Of a DNA stretch of 64,000 bases, positions 23,203 through 32,294 are shown one piece after another. Source of the stretch: a virus (Duplodnaviria > Caudoviricetes); the IMG/VR virus record IMGVR_UViG_3300037484_000435, positions 32,001 through 96,000 of that record; one strand, given 5' to 3'. The notes beneath the pieces were generated by a model, which worked only from the letters and a program-made list of their open reading frames with translations, was not told where the DNA came from and ran no database searches. Both the position numbers and the translations under genes were made by a program. Position 1 is the stretch's first letter, and every line of letters starts with the position of its first letter.

Positions 23203-24003
23203 ATGAATGAAAAACTTCGACAGGTCAAACTGGAGAATTTGAAGAAGGGCAGAGAGAAACAATCTCAAGAGGCCATTGAAAGGTATTATCGGGACCCAGC
23301 AATTTGTGAACAGTGCGGAAAAATAATCGAATTGGATGGGAAGCAAAAGCCTGCTGACATAAAACAAAAAAAGTTTTGCGACAGGTCTTGTGCCGCAAAA
23401 TTCAACAATTTGGGAAAAGACAGATGGGCAGACAAAAGAGTAAAACCAAAACGGCCCGAACACACCCAGAGAACTGTCCACACGTCTGATGGATCGCCTA
23501 TCCCGTTCGTGTGCCAAATGTGTAACTCAACTGAAAGTATAATACCAAGACCGAGAAAAGGCAGAGTGGGCCAATACTGGTATTATTCCAAAAAGTATTG
23601 TAATAAATGTGCCAGAGTAGTAGCGACCAGTAACAAGGAGTGTACTAGGCAAAAACTACTTAGCAGAGGAGAAACCACTGGAATTGGAATTCTCAAAGAT
23701 ACTCTCTACACTCTAATAGACAAGGGTATCACGAAAGGCGAATTGAGAACTGCATCAAAGACTTTCCAGTATTACCAGATCTATGTGAATAGGCATGCGA
23801 GAAAGGTATACAATGAATCTGAAAAACCTGCCCACTGTAAAGTGTGTGGTTATAGTTTACACACAGAAGTGTGTCATATAAAAGGACTGAAGTCTTTTCA
23901 TGATGATGTTCCTGTCAAAGAGATAAATGATATTTCCAATCTTGAAAGATTGTGTCGGAACCATCATTGGGAATTTGATAATGGACACATTTCTTTGGAT
24001 TAA
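23203..24003 (+). CDS. HNH homing endonuclease (family copy 3)
   Basis: YYRDPAICEQCG..KKFCDRSC; CKVCGY..EVCHIK...LCRNHHWEFD. Confidence 0.8.
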   Translation: MNEKLRQVKLENLKKGREKQSQEAIERYYRDPAICEQCGKIIELDGKQKPADIKQKKFCDRSCAAKFNNLGKDRWADKRVKPKRPEHTQRTVHTSDGSPIPFVCQMCNSTESIIPRPRKGRVGQYWYYSKKYCNKCARVVATSNKECTRQKLLSRGETTGIGILKDTLYTLIDKGITKGELRTASKTFQYYQIYVNRHARKVYNESEKPAHCKVCGYSLHTEVCHIKGLKSFHDDVPVKEINDISNLERLCRNHHWEFDNGHISLD

Positions 24004-24010
24004 ATGTTAA

Positions 24011-24085
24011 TGTGGAATACCCGAGAGGAAAGGGGCGATCCTGTTAAGATCGAAGCCGTGGGTTCGAATCCTACTTCCACAGCCA
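24011..24085 (+). tRNA. tRNA-Asn(GTT)
   Basis: TGTGGAA/TTCCACA acceptor, G73-CCA; CGATC-CTGTTAA-GATCG. Confidence 0.92.
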
Positions 24086-24095
24086 GAAAATCTAA

Positions 24096-24173
24096 TCCCC
24101 GTTAGCTCAGTGGAAGAGCCGTGGGCCGTTAACCCATGTGATGTCCTTGGTTCGAACCCAAGACGGGGAGCCA
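24096..24173 (+). tRNA. tRNA-Asn(GTT), second copy with C33
   Basis: TCCCCGT/ACGGGGA acceptor, G73-CCA; GTGGG-CCGTTAA-CCCAT. Confidence 0.9.
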
Positions 24174-25026
24174 AAAAATAGTGGTCCAAGTTTTCTCTTG
24201 GGTCACACAAGAAAGTAAATACAATGACTAAACAGACTTTGTTCTCAGAAGATGACCTTCTTAATCTTTATAAAAGGTTTGAAAGAAGTGAGGTTAGCTA
24301 TGATAAAGATAAACCTAAACATTACCCATGTGTTGTTGTGATGGAAAGACGGAAGCTTCCTGGTTACAAGGAATTCCACTTCGATTTTGAATACGTCTAT
24401 CTAAGTGACTTCGAATAATTTTCTCACAAAATATGAAGAGGTAGAAAGGGATTCAATATGTACACTGGTGGAAATAAATCTGAGCAAATCCAAGAGTTAA
24501 AAAAAGAAATAAACCACATCGAAGAATTACTTACTCTCCACACCTTACCTCTCCGACTCGATTGGTTTGGGTCTTACCGACGACAGCATCTGGAGGGGTA
24601 TCTCAGAAAAAAGAAACGCAAACTTGGTAGGTTGGAAAAACAGGTAAGGCAATGAAACTACATATGGACATAGAATGTGGTGGCCTCTCAGAGAATTTAA
24701 CGTCTTTCTTTTCAAAGAATAGACGTTTTATTAGACGACTACTCCAGAGACATATAAGAGAAGGAAAGACAGGCTTCATTCTACGAGACAACCACAACGT
24801 TGCATTCCTGAGAGACATAGGAAAGGAGTTTAAATTTAATGCTATTTTATCCCCGCGAGTATGCTGATGACTCAGAGGCTTTCGGTTTTTGGGTAGCCCT
24901 CAAACTAACCTTACGAGGTTGTGAAGTGTGGGTTAGCCCTTGGAAACCATATTCCCACAGACAATACAGAACACTCCATTTGATTTCTAAAATTAGGAAA
25001 TTTATCACCAGAAAGGAATTCATTCA

Positions 25027-25713
25027 ATGCTTACCAACTCAGGATGGTCAAAAGATAGAATACTAACCATAGTCCCAACTAGCAAAGACGTTACCTACAT
25101 TCACCCCGTTTGCCCTAAATGTGGCAGAGACCAATCTATACCTCTCCGAAAAGAGGGAGAAATGGTATGTAAGTATTGTCAATATGTTTTAGCAACAGTG
25201 GTTCATTACCAACTACCATTACCCAAAAAATCATCTGAGTGGTCTGAAGAGAATTTAATTATGCTCCAAGAGCGAGATGTTCTGGACTTGACTGGGATAG
25301 AGTGTCCAGCATGTGGTCACAGACAAAGTCATAAAATAAAGGGGTCAATTTTAAGGGGAAGACCAGCCCGACTCCCTTGCGAGAAATGCCAATATATTTT
25401 GTCTACTATAAAGCCTTTCCCCAAAGAGGAATGCGAACTAGACCACCCAGAATCAGTCTATCCAGAAGGGAAAATAATTCGACTTACTAACCGAGACCGA
25501 TTGGCCTTGGAATCCGTATGTCCTTACTGCCACACTGAACAAGTAGTGTTGGCAAACACCTCAAACTACCGTCCCATCGGAACATTAGTAAGATGTATCC
25601 ACTGTGATTTGGTTTGGAGATTATCTATCCATCTAAAGAATACACCACTCCCAGAACAAGAAATAGAGTGGCAACAGATGTACAAAAAGGGTTGGAGGAA
25701 ACCAAAAGTTTGA
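25027..25713 (+). CDS. multi zinc-ribbon protein
   Basis: six CxxC pairs (CPKC/CKYC, CPAC/CEKC, CPYC/CIHC) in three repeats. Confidence 0.6.
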   Translation: MLTNSGWSKDRILTIVPTSKDVTYIHPVCPKCGRDQSIPLRKEGEMVCKYCQYVLATVVHYQLPLPKKSSEWSEENLIMLQERDVLDLTGIECPACGHRQSHKIKGSILRGRPARLPCEKCQYILSTIKPFPKEECELDHPESVYPEGKIIRLTNRDRLALESVCPYCHTEQVVLANTSNYRPIGTLVRCIHCDLVWRLSIHLKNTPLPEQEIEWQQMYKKGWRKPKV

Positions 25714-28026
25714 TGGACTCGTCAGAAATAATTCGGAATCGTCGCAGTAAGAGGGCTAAACGCCGTAAAGCATCTCATCTGAAACAAAAGAAATTAGAGC
25801 ACTATCTCTTTCGTACATGTAAATGGTCTGCTCTTAACGCTCCTGAACATCTAACAGAGATTGCTAGGAAAGACCGTGACCACTACGACGGGGAGAGTCG
25901 TCACATTAGAGAATGGGACCACGCCCACCCAAAGTACGATTGGTTAGTTGCTGAAAAACAAGATGATACTCTGGGCGATCTGAAAAAAGAAATAAACGCT
26001 GTGGGATTGGAGAAGGAAGAAGAAAATGATTCCCGAGATTCAGGCGAACATCTATTGGAGCCCCCTGCTGGAGAAGTGGGTGGCTGAAATTAAAGAACTC
26101 ACGCATGAAGAAACGTGTGTGTTTTACAAGGAGCATGTCGACAGGAATCTGGTACTGTTTGAAGTTTCCAGATTCTTTGCCGAGCAAACAAACACAAATG
26201 CCAGAACTGTATATTAACATTTATTTTACCGATGACGGGTGGGAGGGGGTTATTGTGGAAGACCGTGACGTAGGAGATACAACAGTGTTCCGTTCCACAT
26301 CCCCTAACTACACAGAGGTAGTCCAAGCCATAGCCGAGTTTCTCTTGGGAAAAGTATCATGAAACCTACGCCAGATATATTACGAGATGTCGCCCACGCT
26401 CTTTTAGATTCTCCCAACTTCGGTTCTATGTTAATACTGGGAGCAAGTGTTTATGTGAAACTTCCAGATGGAAGAATAGGTAGAGTAATAGTATCTGTTC
26501 CCAACAAAACCTATCTGAAGAAGCATGGTGTCTATGAGTGGGCAACCAACTATAAGGAAGAAGCATGATAACATATTTTGCGGATATTAAACTTAGAATA
26601 GAAGTGGATGATGGGGCCGACTGCGGGGCAAGAGACCTTAAGAATGAAATTTATAAACACCTTAGCGGGTTTGTTGAGAAACAAGCGAGCATTGAAGGTG
26701 ACGGGACGAAAGTCATCATTGATGTATTAAAAGTTGAAGAATCCAAACACGGGTTTAGGGTGCAAGATACAGACGGTAATTGGACAGAACCTTCTGATGC
26801 TTTTGCTGAGATGGTTAAGAGAGATATCGCAAAAATAAATGCATTTCAGAAGAAAAGGGAAAGATAATGCCCGATGGGCAACCAATTACAAAGATGAAGA
26901 AATACAAAGCAAACATACAATTGACGATTGAGACCGAAGACAACCATGGGTGGGGCAGTGCCCGCCAATTTGAGATTGATTTAGGAAGATGGATAGGAGC
27001 ATGGTGGGAACAATTCGAAGGTTGCGAAGATGATGAATATGTTGGGGGCTCTTTCGACTTAATCAAGGTGAAGGAGATGTGGCGGGACCGAGAATTCATT
27101 CCATGCGACGAGGTTATCTTAAAAAGCGAGGATACACAATGGACCAGCCTAGTGCCAAAGAAGGAATAGCGGCATACATAAACAATATGACGGACGAGGA
27201 ACTGGAAGAGTCTCTCCAACGAGCAGGGATAGACCACTACAAGCACATAAAAATGAAAATTTTTAGCCCGAGCCCCGACTACAGGGGTTTGTGGTATGAC
27301 CTTTACGAGATAGCTTGCGGTCAAGCTCACGTTAACAACCCTTATTTAAAAAACATCATGGAAGAAATGGACCCCAGTATCAACGATGACTTTGAGGAAG
27401 AGTGTGAACCCAAACAATTTGTGAGGCTGGGGAAACGCTGTTGTGGAGCTTATGCCAAGGCCACGGCGGACCCTCTGAATTGTTATGATGAATACTGGGT
27501 TACTTATGACCGACACGGCCAGCAAATTGGGAAAGCAGTTTGTGTCGATTGTGGTAAAGAAACTGACGAGAAATTTACGGACTAATTTCCCCCAAATTTA
27601 CGGGAACCTTTTAATTAACCAAGTGTCTCAATTCACAATGGCTGATTATGAGGTTCCTGACATAGATTTGGGGATACTCAAACAGCAAACCCCATGTGGG
27701 TATCATAATACATCATATCCTTCTTGGTTAGTACCCTCTAACCCAATAAGGTATATTTAAGATATGAAGGGTAAGAAAAAGAAACTACATGTGTGCACGG
27801 AGAAAATCTACCGTGCCGAAGAGTAGATCGATCGACGAAAAAGATTCAAAAGCAGACGACAAAATAAGAATGAATAAACATCAAAAACAAATCTTTTTCT
27901 TACCCAATTTTCGATACAAAAAATTTATTGGATGGCGGTGTCAACAACTTCATCATACAAACTTAAAATTTGAACATGACAAACCTGTTGTTGAGCAAGT
28001 TTCCTCCGATAACAAAATAAGGTAAA

Positions 28027-28851
28027 ATGGCCAAAAGAATTTACGCCGTTAACGACAATTATTTTGATGATTTGAACTCGGAAGGCCCCTCTTATTGGTT
28101 GGGTGTTTTGAGTGCTGATGGCTACGTTTGGGAAAACCGAAACAGCGTGAATCTAACAGTGAAAGAATCCGATCGTGAGTGGTTGGAGATGTACAAGAAG
28201 GCTCTCGGAATAGAAGCACCGATTCTGGAAGGTTATCCTAAGGGATGTATAAGAGTAATTTTTACGTCAGGGCGGATCGTTCAAAATCTGTATCGTTACG
28301 GGATACACCAGAAAAAGTCACTTGATTTATGTTTTTGTCAAGATGTTACAGAACAACAAGTAAGGCATTATATTCGTGGGTTAATAGACGGGGATGGCTC
28401 TCTCACACTCACAAATAGGTCATGTATGATTTCCTTGACAGGAACTGAGGATATTACGTCACGTGTTGCTAGTTATTTGGCAAGGTACACAACAAAGAAT
28501 AGCCAGAAGTTACGCTCAAAAAATTTAGTGCGTAAAAAACACCAAACTAAAAATACTTTTTGTGTAAGTTGGGGTGGGCTACAAAATGTATCGGGAATTA
28601 TAGAACATCTCTATAATAAATCTGATTATTTTCTACTAAGAAAAAAAGAGATTGCACAAAAAATGACTTCTCAAGCAAGTGTTGATATACATAACCAATC
28701 TAGTATGTATTCAGACCTGACGGGGGAAGACTTAATGGATTTTTACAAGGAGCACAAGAGTTGGAGAGGAGTCGCAAGATTTTTAGGTGTGAGACACTGT
28801 GCTTTTATTGATTATAAAATCAAAGTTCTAGGAAGAGAAAAAAGAAAATGA
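28027..28851 (+). CDS. LAGLIDADG homing endonuclease (double motif)
   Basis: YWLGVLSADG and YIRGLIDGDG motifs. Confidence 0.88.
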   Translation: MAKRIYAVNDNYFDDLNSEGPSYWLGVLSADGYVWENRNSVNLTVKESDREWLEMYKKALGIEAPILEGYPKGCIRVIFTSGRIVQNLYRYGIHQKKSLDLCFCQDVTEQQVRHYIRGLIDGDGSLTLTNRSCMISLTGTEDITSRVASYLARYTTKNSQKLRSKNLVRKKHQTKNTFCVSWGGLQNVSGIIEHLYNKSDYFLLRKKEIAQKMTSQASVDIHNQSSMYSDLTGEDLMDFYKEHKSWRGVARFLGVRHCAFIDYKIKVLGREKRK

Positions 28852-28926
28852 CGGATAGCGGTAGTCAAGCGTTACTTCTTACAATTGGTGTAAACACAAA
28901 GCCACGCTGACAATCAACTTCTTCCG
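28851..28926 (+). ncRNA. structured repeat unit 1 (short insert)
   Basis: ACGGA/TCCGT terminal stem; TAGCGGTAG; GTTACTTC; 3' CAATCAACTTCT. Confidence 0.6.
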
Positions 28927-28980
28927 TTTATCCCGCACGTGGCTCCTAAGCGGGTTAACAATTTGGAGTTTAGAGAAATG

Positions 28981-29057
28981 ATGGGTAGCGACAGCGGTCG
29001 GGTTACTTCTATATTATGTAAATATAACCAAAGCACCCCCGCGATACCTTCTCCCAT
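28981..29057 (+). ncRNA. structured repeat unit 2
   Basis: ATGGG/CCCAT stem; TAGCGAC; GGTTACTTC; 3' GATACCTTCT. Confidence 0.6.
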
Positions 29058-29067
29058 TAACAAGAAT

Positions 29068-29213
29068 ACCGAGTAGCGGTAGAGAGGACTTCTTCATTTG
29101 TTTATATCACAAACGGCCTGGGTTCGAGTCCCAGTGGTCACCCCAAAAATCTATGGTGGCCATAGCTCAACTGGTAGAGAAAAAAGTTATGCCTTTCGAT
29201 TCATTCTCTCGGT
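29068..29213 (+). ncRNA. repeat unit 3 with circularly permuted tRNA body (His-like acceptor)
   Basis: ACCGAG/CTCGGT stem; T-arm CTGGG-TTCGAGT-CCCAG (29118-29134), 3' acceptor TGGTCAC-C-CCA, linker, then 5' acceptor (G)GTGGCCA and D-arm TAGCTCAACTGGTAGAG. Confidence 0.75.
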
Positions 29214-29225
29214 AACAAATAGAAT

Positions 29226-29289
29226 TTAGGTGGCGTCGTAAGAGTTACTTCTTGGAAATGAAAAACACTCTTACAACAACTTCCCCTGA
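29226..29289 (+). ncRNA. structured repeat unit 4 (minimal unit)
   Basis: TTAGG/CCTGA outer stem, TGGCGTC, perfect inner stem GTAAGAG/CTCTTAC, TTACTTC, 3' AACAACTTCC. Confidence 0.65.
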
Positions 29290-29325
29290 TTCATAACAAG
29301 TGTGTCACACGAGTGTTCTTTGAAA

Positions 29326-29604
29326 TTTGAGTGGCGTGAACGAGGAGTACTTCTATACTTATAAAGACAAAAGAAGTGACGATCGTAGCTTCAAGGTGCC
29401 CAAAAGGCACGCGACAGAACGATCCGTGAAATAGTTGCACGTAAATAAATGACTCAGGCAAGCACACCTGATAAACGACTCAGACAAGATTTCCATCTGT
29501 ATGAAATTGGAATCTGTGCTAACGACTACCATAAAAATAGTGGTAGCTGATTTCGGCACATAATAAAATGAAATCAGGTCTCCTTATTCAAACATTCCCT
29601 CAAA
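29326..29604 (+). ncRNA. structured repeat unit 5 (large multi-hairpin insert)
   Basis: TTTGA/TCAAA stem, GTGGCGTG, AGTACTTC, 3' AAACATTCCC. Confidence 0.55.
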
Positions 29605-29656
29605 GAAAAGTCCTGAGCAGACTCTAAAATGTTCATTGTGTGTTTCCTTTAAAACT

Positions 29657-29754
29657 GTATCAGCGGTGATCGATTCGGCTACTTCATTTATAAGATGACC
29701 ATCTGGCTTAATTCGCCAGATAACAATAACCGAATCAAATAGCTACCCTGATAC
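29657..29754 (+). ncRNA. structured repeat unit 6
   Basis: GTATCAG/CTGATAC and GATTCGG/CCGAATC stems, CTACTTC, insert hairpin ATCTGGC-TTAATTC-GCCAGAT. Confidence 0.65.
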
Positions 29755-29854
29755 CCAAGAACGAAAAAGGGAGTCTGGTCTGATCAATTGGGCGAACCTG
29801 TGGGTCCTTTTCTGCAGGAGGGACTGCCAGTAAAAAACGAGTGCGTCATTATTA

Positions 29855-29920
29855 GGTTGTGTAGCTCAGTAGGAGAGCGTCTGTAGTGGAAGGTCAAGGG
29901 TGCGAGCCCCTTCACGACCG
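29855..29920 (+). ncRNA. tRNA-like element with shrunken anticodon arm
   Basis: GGTTGTG/CACGACC acceptor, D-arm GCTC-AGTAGGA-GAGC, T-arm AAGGG-TGCGAGC-CCCTT; only 17 nt between D and T arms. Confidence 0.6.
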
Positions 29921-29991
29921 AAAATGCCTATATCTCAGTCAAGTAACTGGCAACACCGCTGTGGTCCTAGCGTAATTTGGCCAAGAACAAA

Positions 29992-30055
29992 TGGGACTGA
30001 CCTTGGCGGTTACGGGGATGGCCATCCGTAGTCGGTTCGATTCCAGACCGTCCCA
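29992..30055 (+). ncRNA. degenerate tRNA-like element
   Basis: TGGGAC/GTCCCA acceptor-like stem, GGTTCGATTCC T-loop, TACGG/CCGTA central stem. Confidence 0.45.
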
Positions 30056-30150
30056 CAAGAAACGAAATGTGTGGAAAAATAATTACCCTCTTAAACAGGG
30101 CCCAATAGGGAAGGAAGACGTTCCTTAATATTAAAACAGTCCACACAGAA

Positions 30151-30260
30151 TATTGAGCGGTGATTTTGAGAGTTACTTCAAACCATGAATCTTGACTACT
30201 GTGGTTCGAGTCCACGTTGACGGGCGGGTGCCCTTTCTCTCATTCAAGCTTCCCTCAATA
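30151..30260 (+). ncRNA. repeat unit 7 with T-arm insert
   Basis: TATTGAG/CTCAATA and TGAGAG/CTCTCA stems, TTACTTC, T-arm GTGG-TTCGAGT-CCAC. Confidence 0.65.
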
Positions 30261-30509
30261 CAAGTAAGTTTCGACGTCAGTCAGTAACTGTCAATAGGAC
30301 TTAATGAGTGCACAAGGTTCTGACTTTCGGAGATAAGGATGGAGTCCCCAGCAACGACGGTTGCCTTGTAACGGGATGTCTGGTCGCAGCGGGAGGCGTA
30401 GTCTCCCCCATCCAACTATATGCCACTTGGTTGCTAGCGTATCTAGCTGAGAACAGCAACGCCCAACTAAGTCCCATAGAGGGATAAAAATTATAATGAA
30501 GGCATTAAA

Positions 30510-30704
30510 CTGGGTCTCAGCCCCCAGTATAAAGAACTGGTTGGGTGGCGGAAGAAAGTAAAGGACACTCAGCCTTTACTACCTCTGGGTCTTAACCCTC
30601 AGGCTAAAGAATTGGTTAAGTGGCGGCGAATAGGGACCTGTGCCAACTCGTCCTGACTTCCTCTGGGTCTCAATTCCCAGGCTAAAGAACTGATTGAGTG
30701 GTGG
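30510..30704 (+). repeat. three 42-nt direct repeats with pseudoknot potential, separated by 33- and 36-nt hairpin spacers
   Basis: repeats at 30510-30551, 30585-30626, 30663-30704; consensus CTGGGTCTyArYyCyCAG.CTAAAGAAyTGrTTrrGTGGyGG. Confidence 0.8.
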
Positions 30705-30825
30705 GGAGGGAAAGCGTTTACCAAAACGCCGCACCCCAGTCTGCTCGACTTAAAGAGCATGGTGCCTTGAAGCCTTGGTTAATTTCCAAAAGAGCAGTAA
30801 GCTTAACAGCAGATGGGCACATTTT

Positions 30826-30930
30826 AATCGAGTGGTGATAAGTGAGGTTACTTCTAAACTAAATTATCATTTTTAAACAAAAAAGATAAAGACCTCGGGA
30901 GATTGCATGATTCAACAATTTCCACCTGTT
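30826..30930 (+). ncRNA. structured repeat unit 8 (boundaries uncertain)
   Basis: GAGTGGTGAT, GAGG-TTACTTC (30846-30854); ACCTC downstream; closing stem unclear. Confidence 0.45.
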
Positions 30931-31153
30931 TACAGGCGTCTACGGTCTGTGCGAGAAACGAGCTTGCTCGGCTAGAGGCACATTAAATAAAGATAGCGCA
31001 GTAATACTTCACTAATGGCTTCCCTCGATATTAAAGCCCCAGACCTGAGTAAGTCAGCAATGAAACTACTCCACCGACAAGAGGCTGTGCTACGATGTAG
31101 GCAGGGTGTAAAACTTCCTCTCTCAAGAAAAATATTACTTTGAAGATAGGTAA

Positions 31154-31960
31154 ATGGGGAAGAGACTCTACACTGTTAATGACAATTATTTTGATGATTT
31201 GAACTCAGAGGGACCATCTTACTGGTTGGGTGTCCTGAGTGCAGATGGGTATATTAGGGGTAACAGTATAAATCTCACTGTCAAAGAAGCTGATATTGAA
31301 TGGCTTACCTTATATAAAGAGGCTTTAGAGATTGAGGCTCCGATCCAAAAAGGACCAAAGGGATGTATTCGCGTCGTCTTTACCTCTAAACGTGTTGCTC
31401 AAAACTTGGTGTCCTACGGACTTGTGCAAAGGAAATCACTAACACTATCATTTTGTAGACAAGTTCCCGTTCCTCAAGTAAAACACTACGTCAGAGGACT
31501 AATAGACGGCGACGGGTCTTTGAGTCTGTCAAGTAAGATAGTCAGAATTGGCCTCACAGGAACCAAAGACATTGTTACATGTACAGACAATTATCTACGC
31601 CAATTTACAACTGCACGGAGCCAATTGAGACGCTCTTCCCGTTCAGTGGGTAAGGAATCTGGTGTTAACAAAGCATTTAGAGTTAATTGGTGTGGACGGC
31701 AAAATGTCGGGCAAATTGTCAAGCATCTCTATAACGAGTCCTCCTACTTTTTAGGTAGAAAGAAAATGTTAGCTGACAAAATAATCAAAGCAAACAAGAA
31801 TACAAAAGAAGGAATTTGTGAACATCTTTCAGAAACTGACCTTAAATCATTGTATTTTGTGCACGGCAGTTGGAGAAAAGTTGCGAGGGAATTGGGTATA
31901 AGTCAAAAAACATTTTCTGATTACAAAATAAAGATGATCGGAAAAGATAAGGTCTGTTAG
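31154..31960 (+). CDS. LAGLIDADG homing endonuclease (paralog of 28027..28851)
   Basis: near-identical N-terminus VNDNYFDDLNSEGPSYWLGVLSADG; YVRGLIDGDG. Confidence 0.88.
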   Translation: MGKRLYTVNDNYFDDLNSEGPSYWLGVLSADGYIRGNSINLTVKEADIEWLTLYKEALEIEAPIQKGPKGCIRVVFTSKRVAQNLVSYGLVQRKSLTLSFCRQVPVPQVKHYVRGLIDGDGSLSLSSKIVRIGLTGTKDIVTCTDNYLRQFTTARSQLRRSSRSVGKESGVNKAFRVNWCGRQNVGQIVKHLYNESSYFLGRKKMLADKIIKANKNTKEGICEHLSETDLKSLYFVHGSWRKVARELGISQKTFSDYKIKMIGKDKVC

Positions 31961-32026
31961 CATAGCGGCTAGTGCGCCACGTTGTCAGCGTGGATTACGT
32001 CGGTTCGAGTCCGATACAGACCGCCA
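31951..32026 (+). tRNA. tRNA-Asp(GTC), overlapping the LAGLIDADG stop codon
   Basis: GGTCTGT/ACAGACC acceptor, G73-CCA; CCACG-TTGTCAG-CGTGG. Confidence 0.93.
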
Positions 32027-32037
32027 AAAGAATTTAG

Positions 32038-32216
32038 CTGAGTGGCGTTACATATAGCTACTTCATAACGGTCCTAAGGTTAGGCTTTGATTGCAAAGCA
32101 CTATTATCGACTGCTAACCTTAATAGGTTAGTTAGGATGGCCGCAAACCCGACGCAATCCGTGTTAGAGGCACGTTAAATAGGGTAGTTCATGCTTTATG
32201 GACAGGCTTCCCTCAG
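32038..32216 (+). ncRNA. structured repeat unit 9 (large insert)
   Basis: CTGAG/CTCAG stem, TGGCGTT, CATATAG/CTTTATG inner stem, CTACTTC, 3' GACAGGCTTCC. Confidence 0.55.
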
Positions 32217-32294
32217 ACACAAGAAAATAAATAACTTACCTCTTACCTAAGTGAGACGAAAGTTTCAAAACACTTATGCAGAGAGGTAAGGAAA

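Larger units (their letters stand above)
13268..27585 (+). other. dense run of several dozen short, co-oriented hypothetical ORFs (phage accessory region)
   Basis: ORF track shows abutting or overlapping + strand ORFs (many ATGA/TAATG junctions) with interspersed tRNAs. Confidence 0.75.

Noticed and set aside
29775-29830. Hammerhead ribozyme (CTGATCA...GAAC)
   Set aside because: The core deviates from CUGANGA/GAAA and no stem II forms.
30510-30704. CRISPR array (42-nt repeats, 33/36-nt spacers)
   Set aside because: Only three repeats, divergent with compensatory changes; the spacers are themselves hairpins; no cas genes in the window.
30510-30704. Pistol or HDV-like ribozyme identity for the pseudoknot repeats
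   Set aside because: Only 5-6 nt lie between the AAA linker and the pseudoknot strand (too short for pistol P2/L2), and I could not build a nested HDV P1/P2/P3.
30935-31150. Riboswitch or intron 5' end upstream of the second LAGLIDADG gene
   Set aside because: Some hairpins and a GTGCG are present, but I could not match a riboswitch consensus and there is no domain V or group I core nearby.
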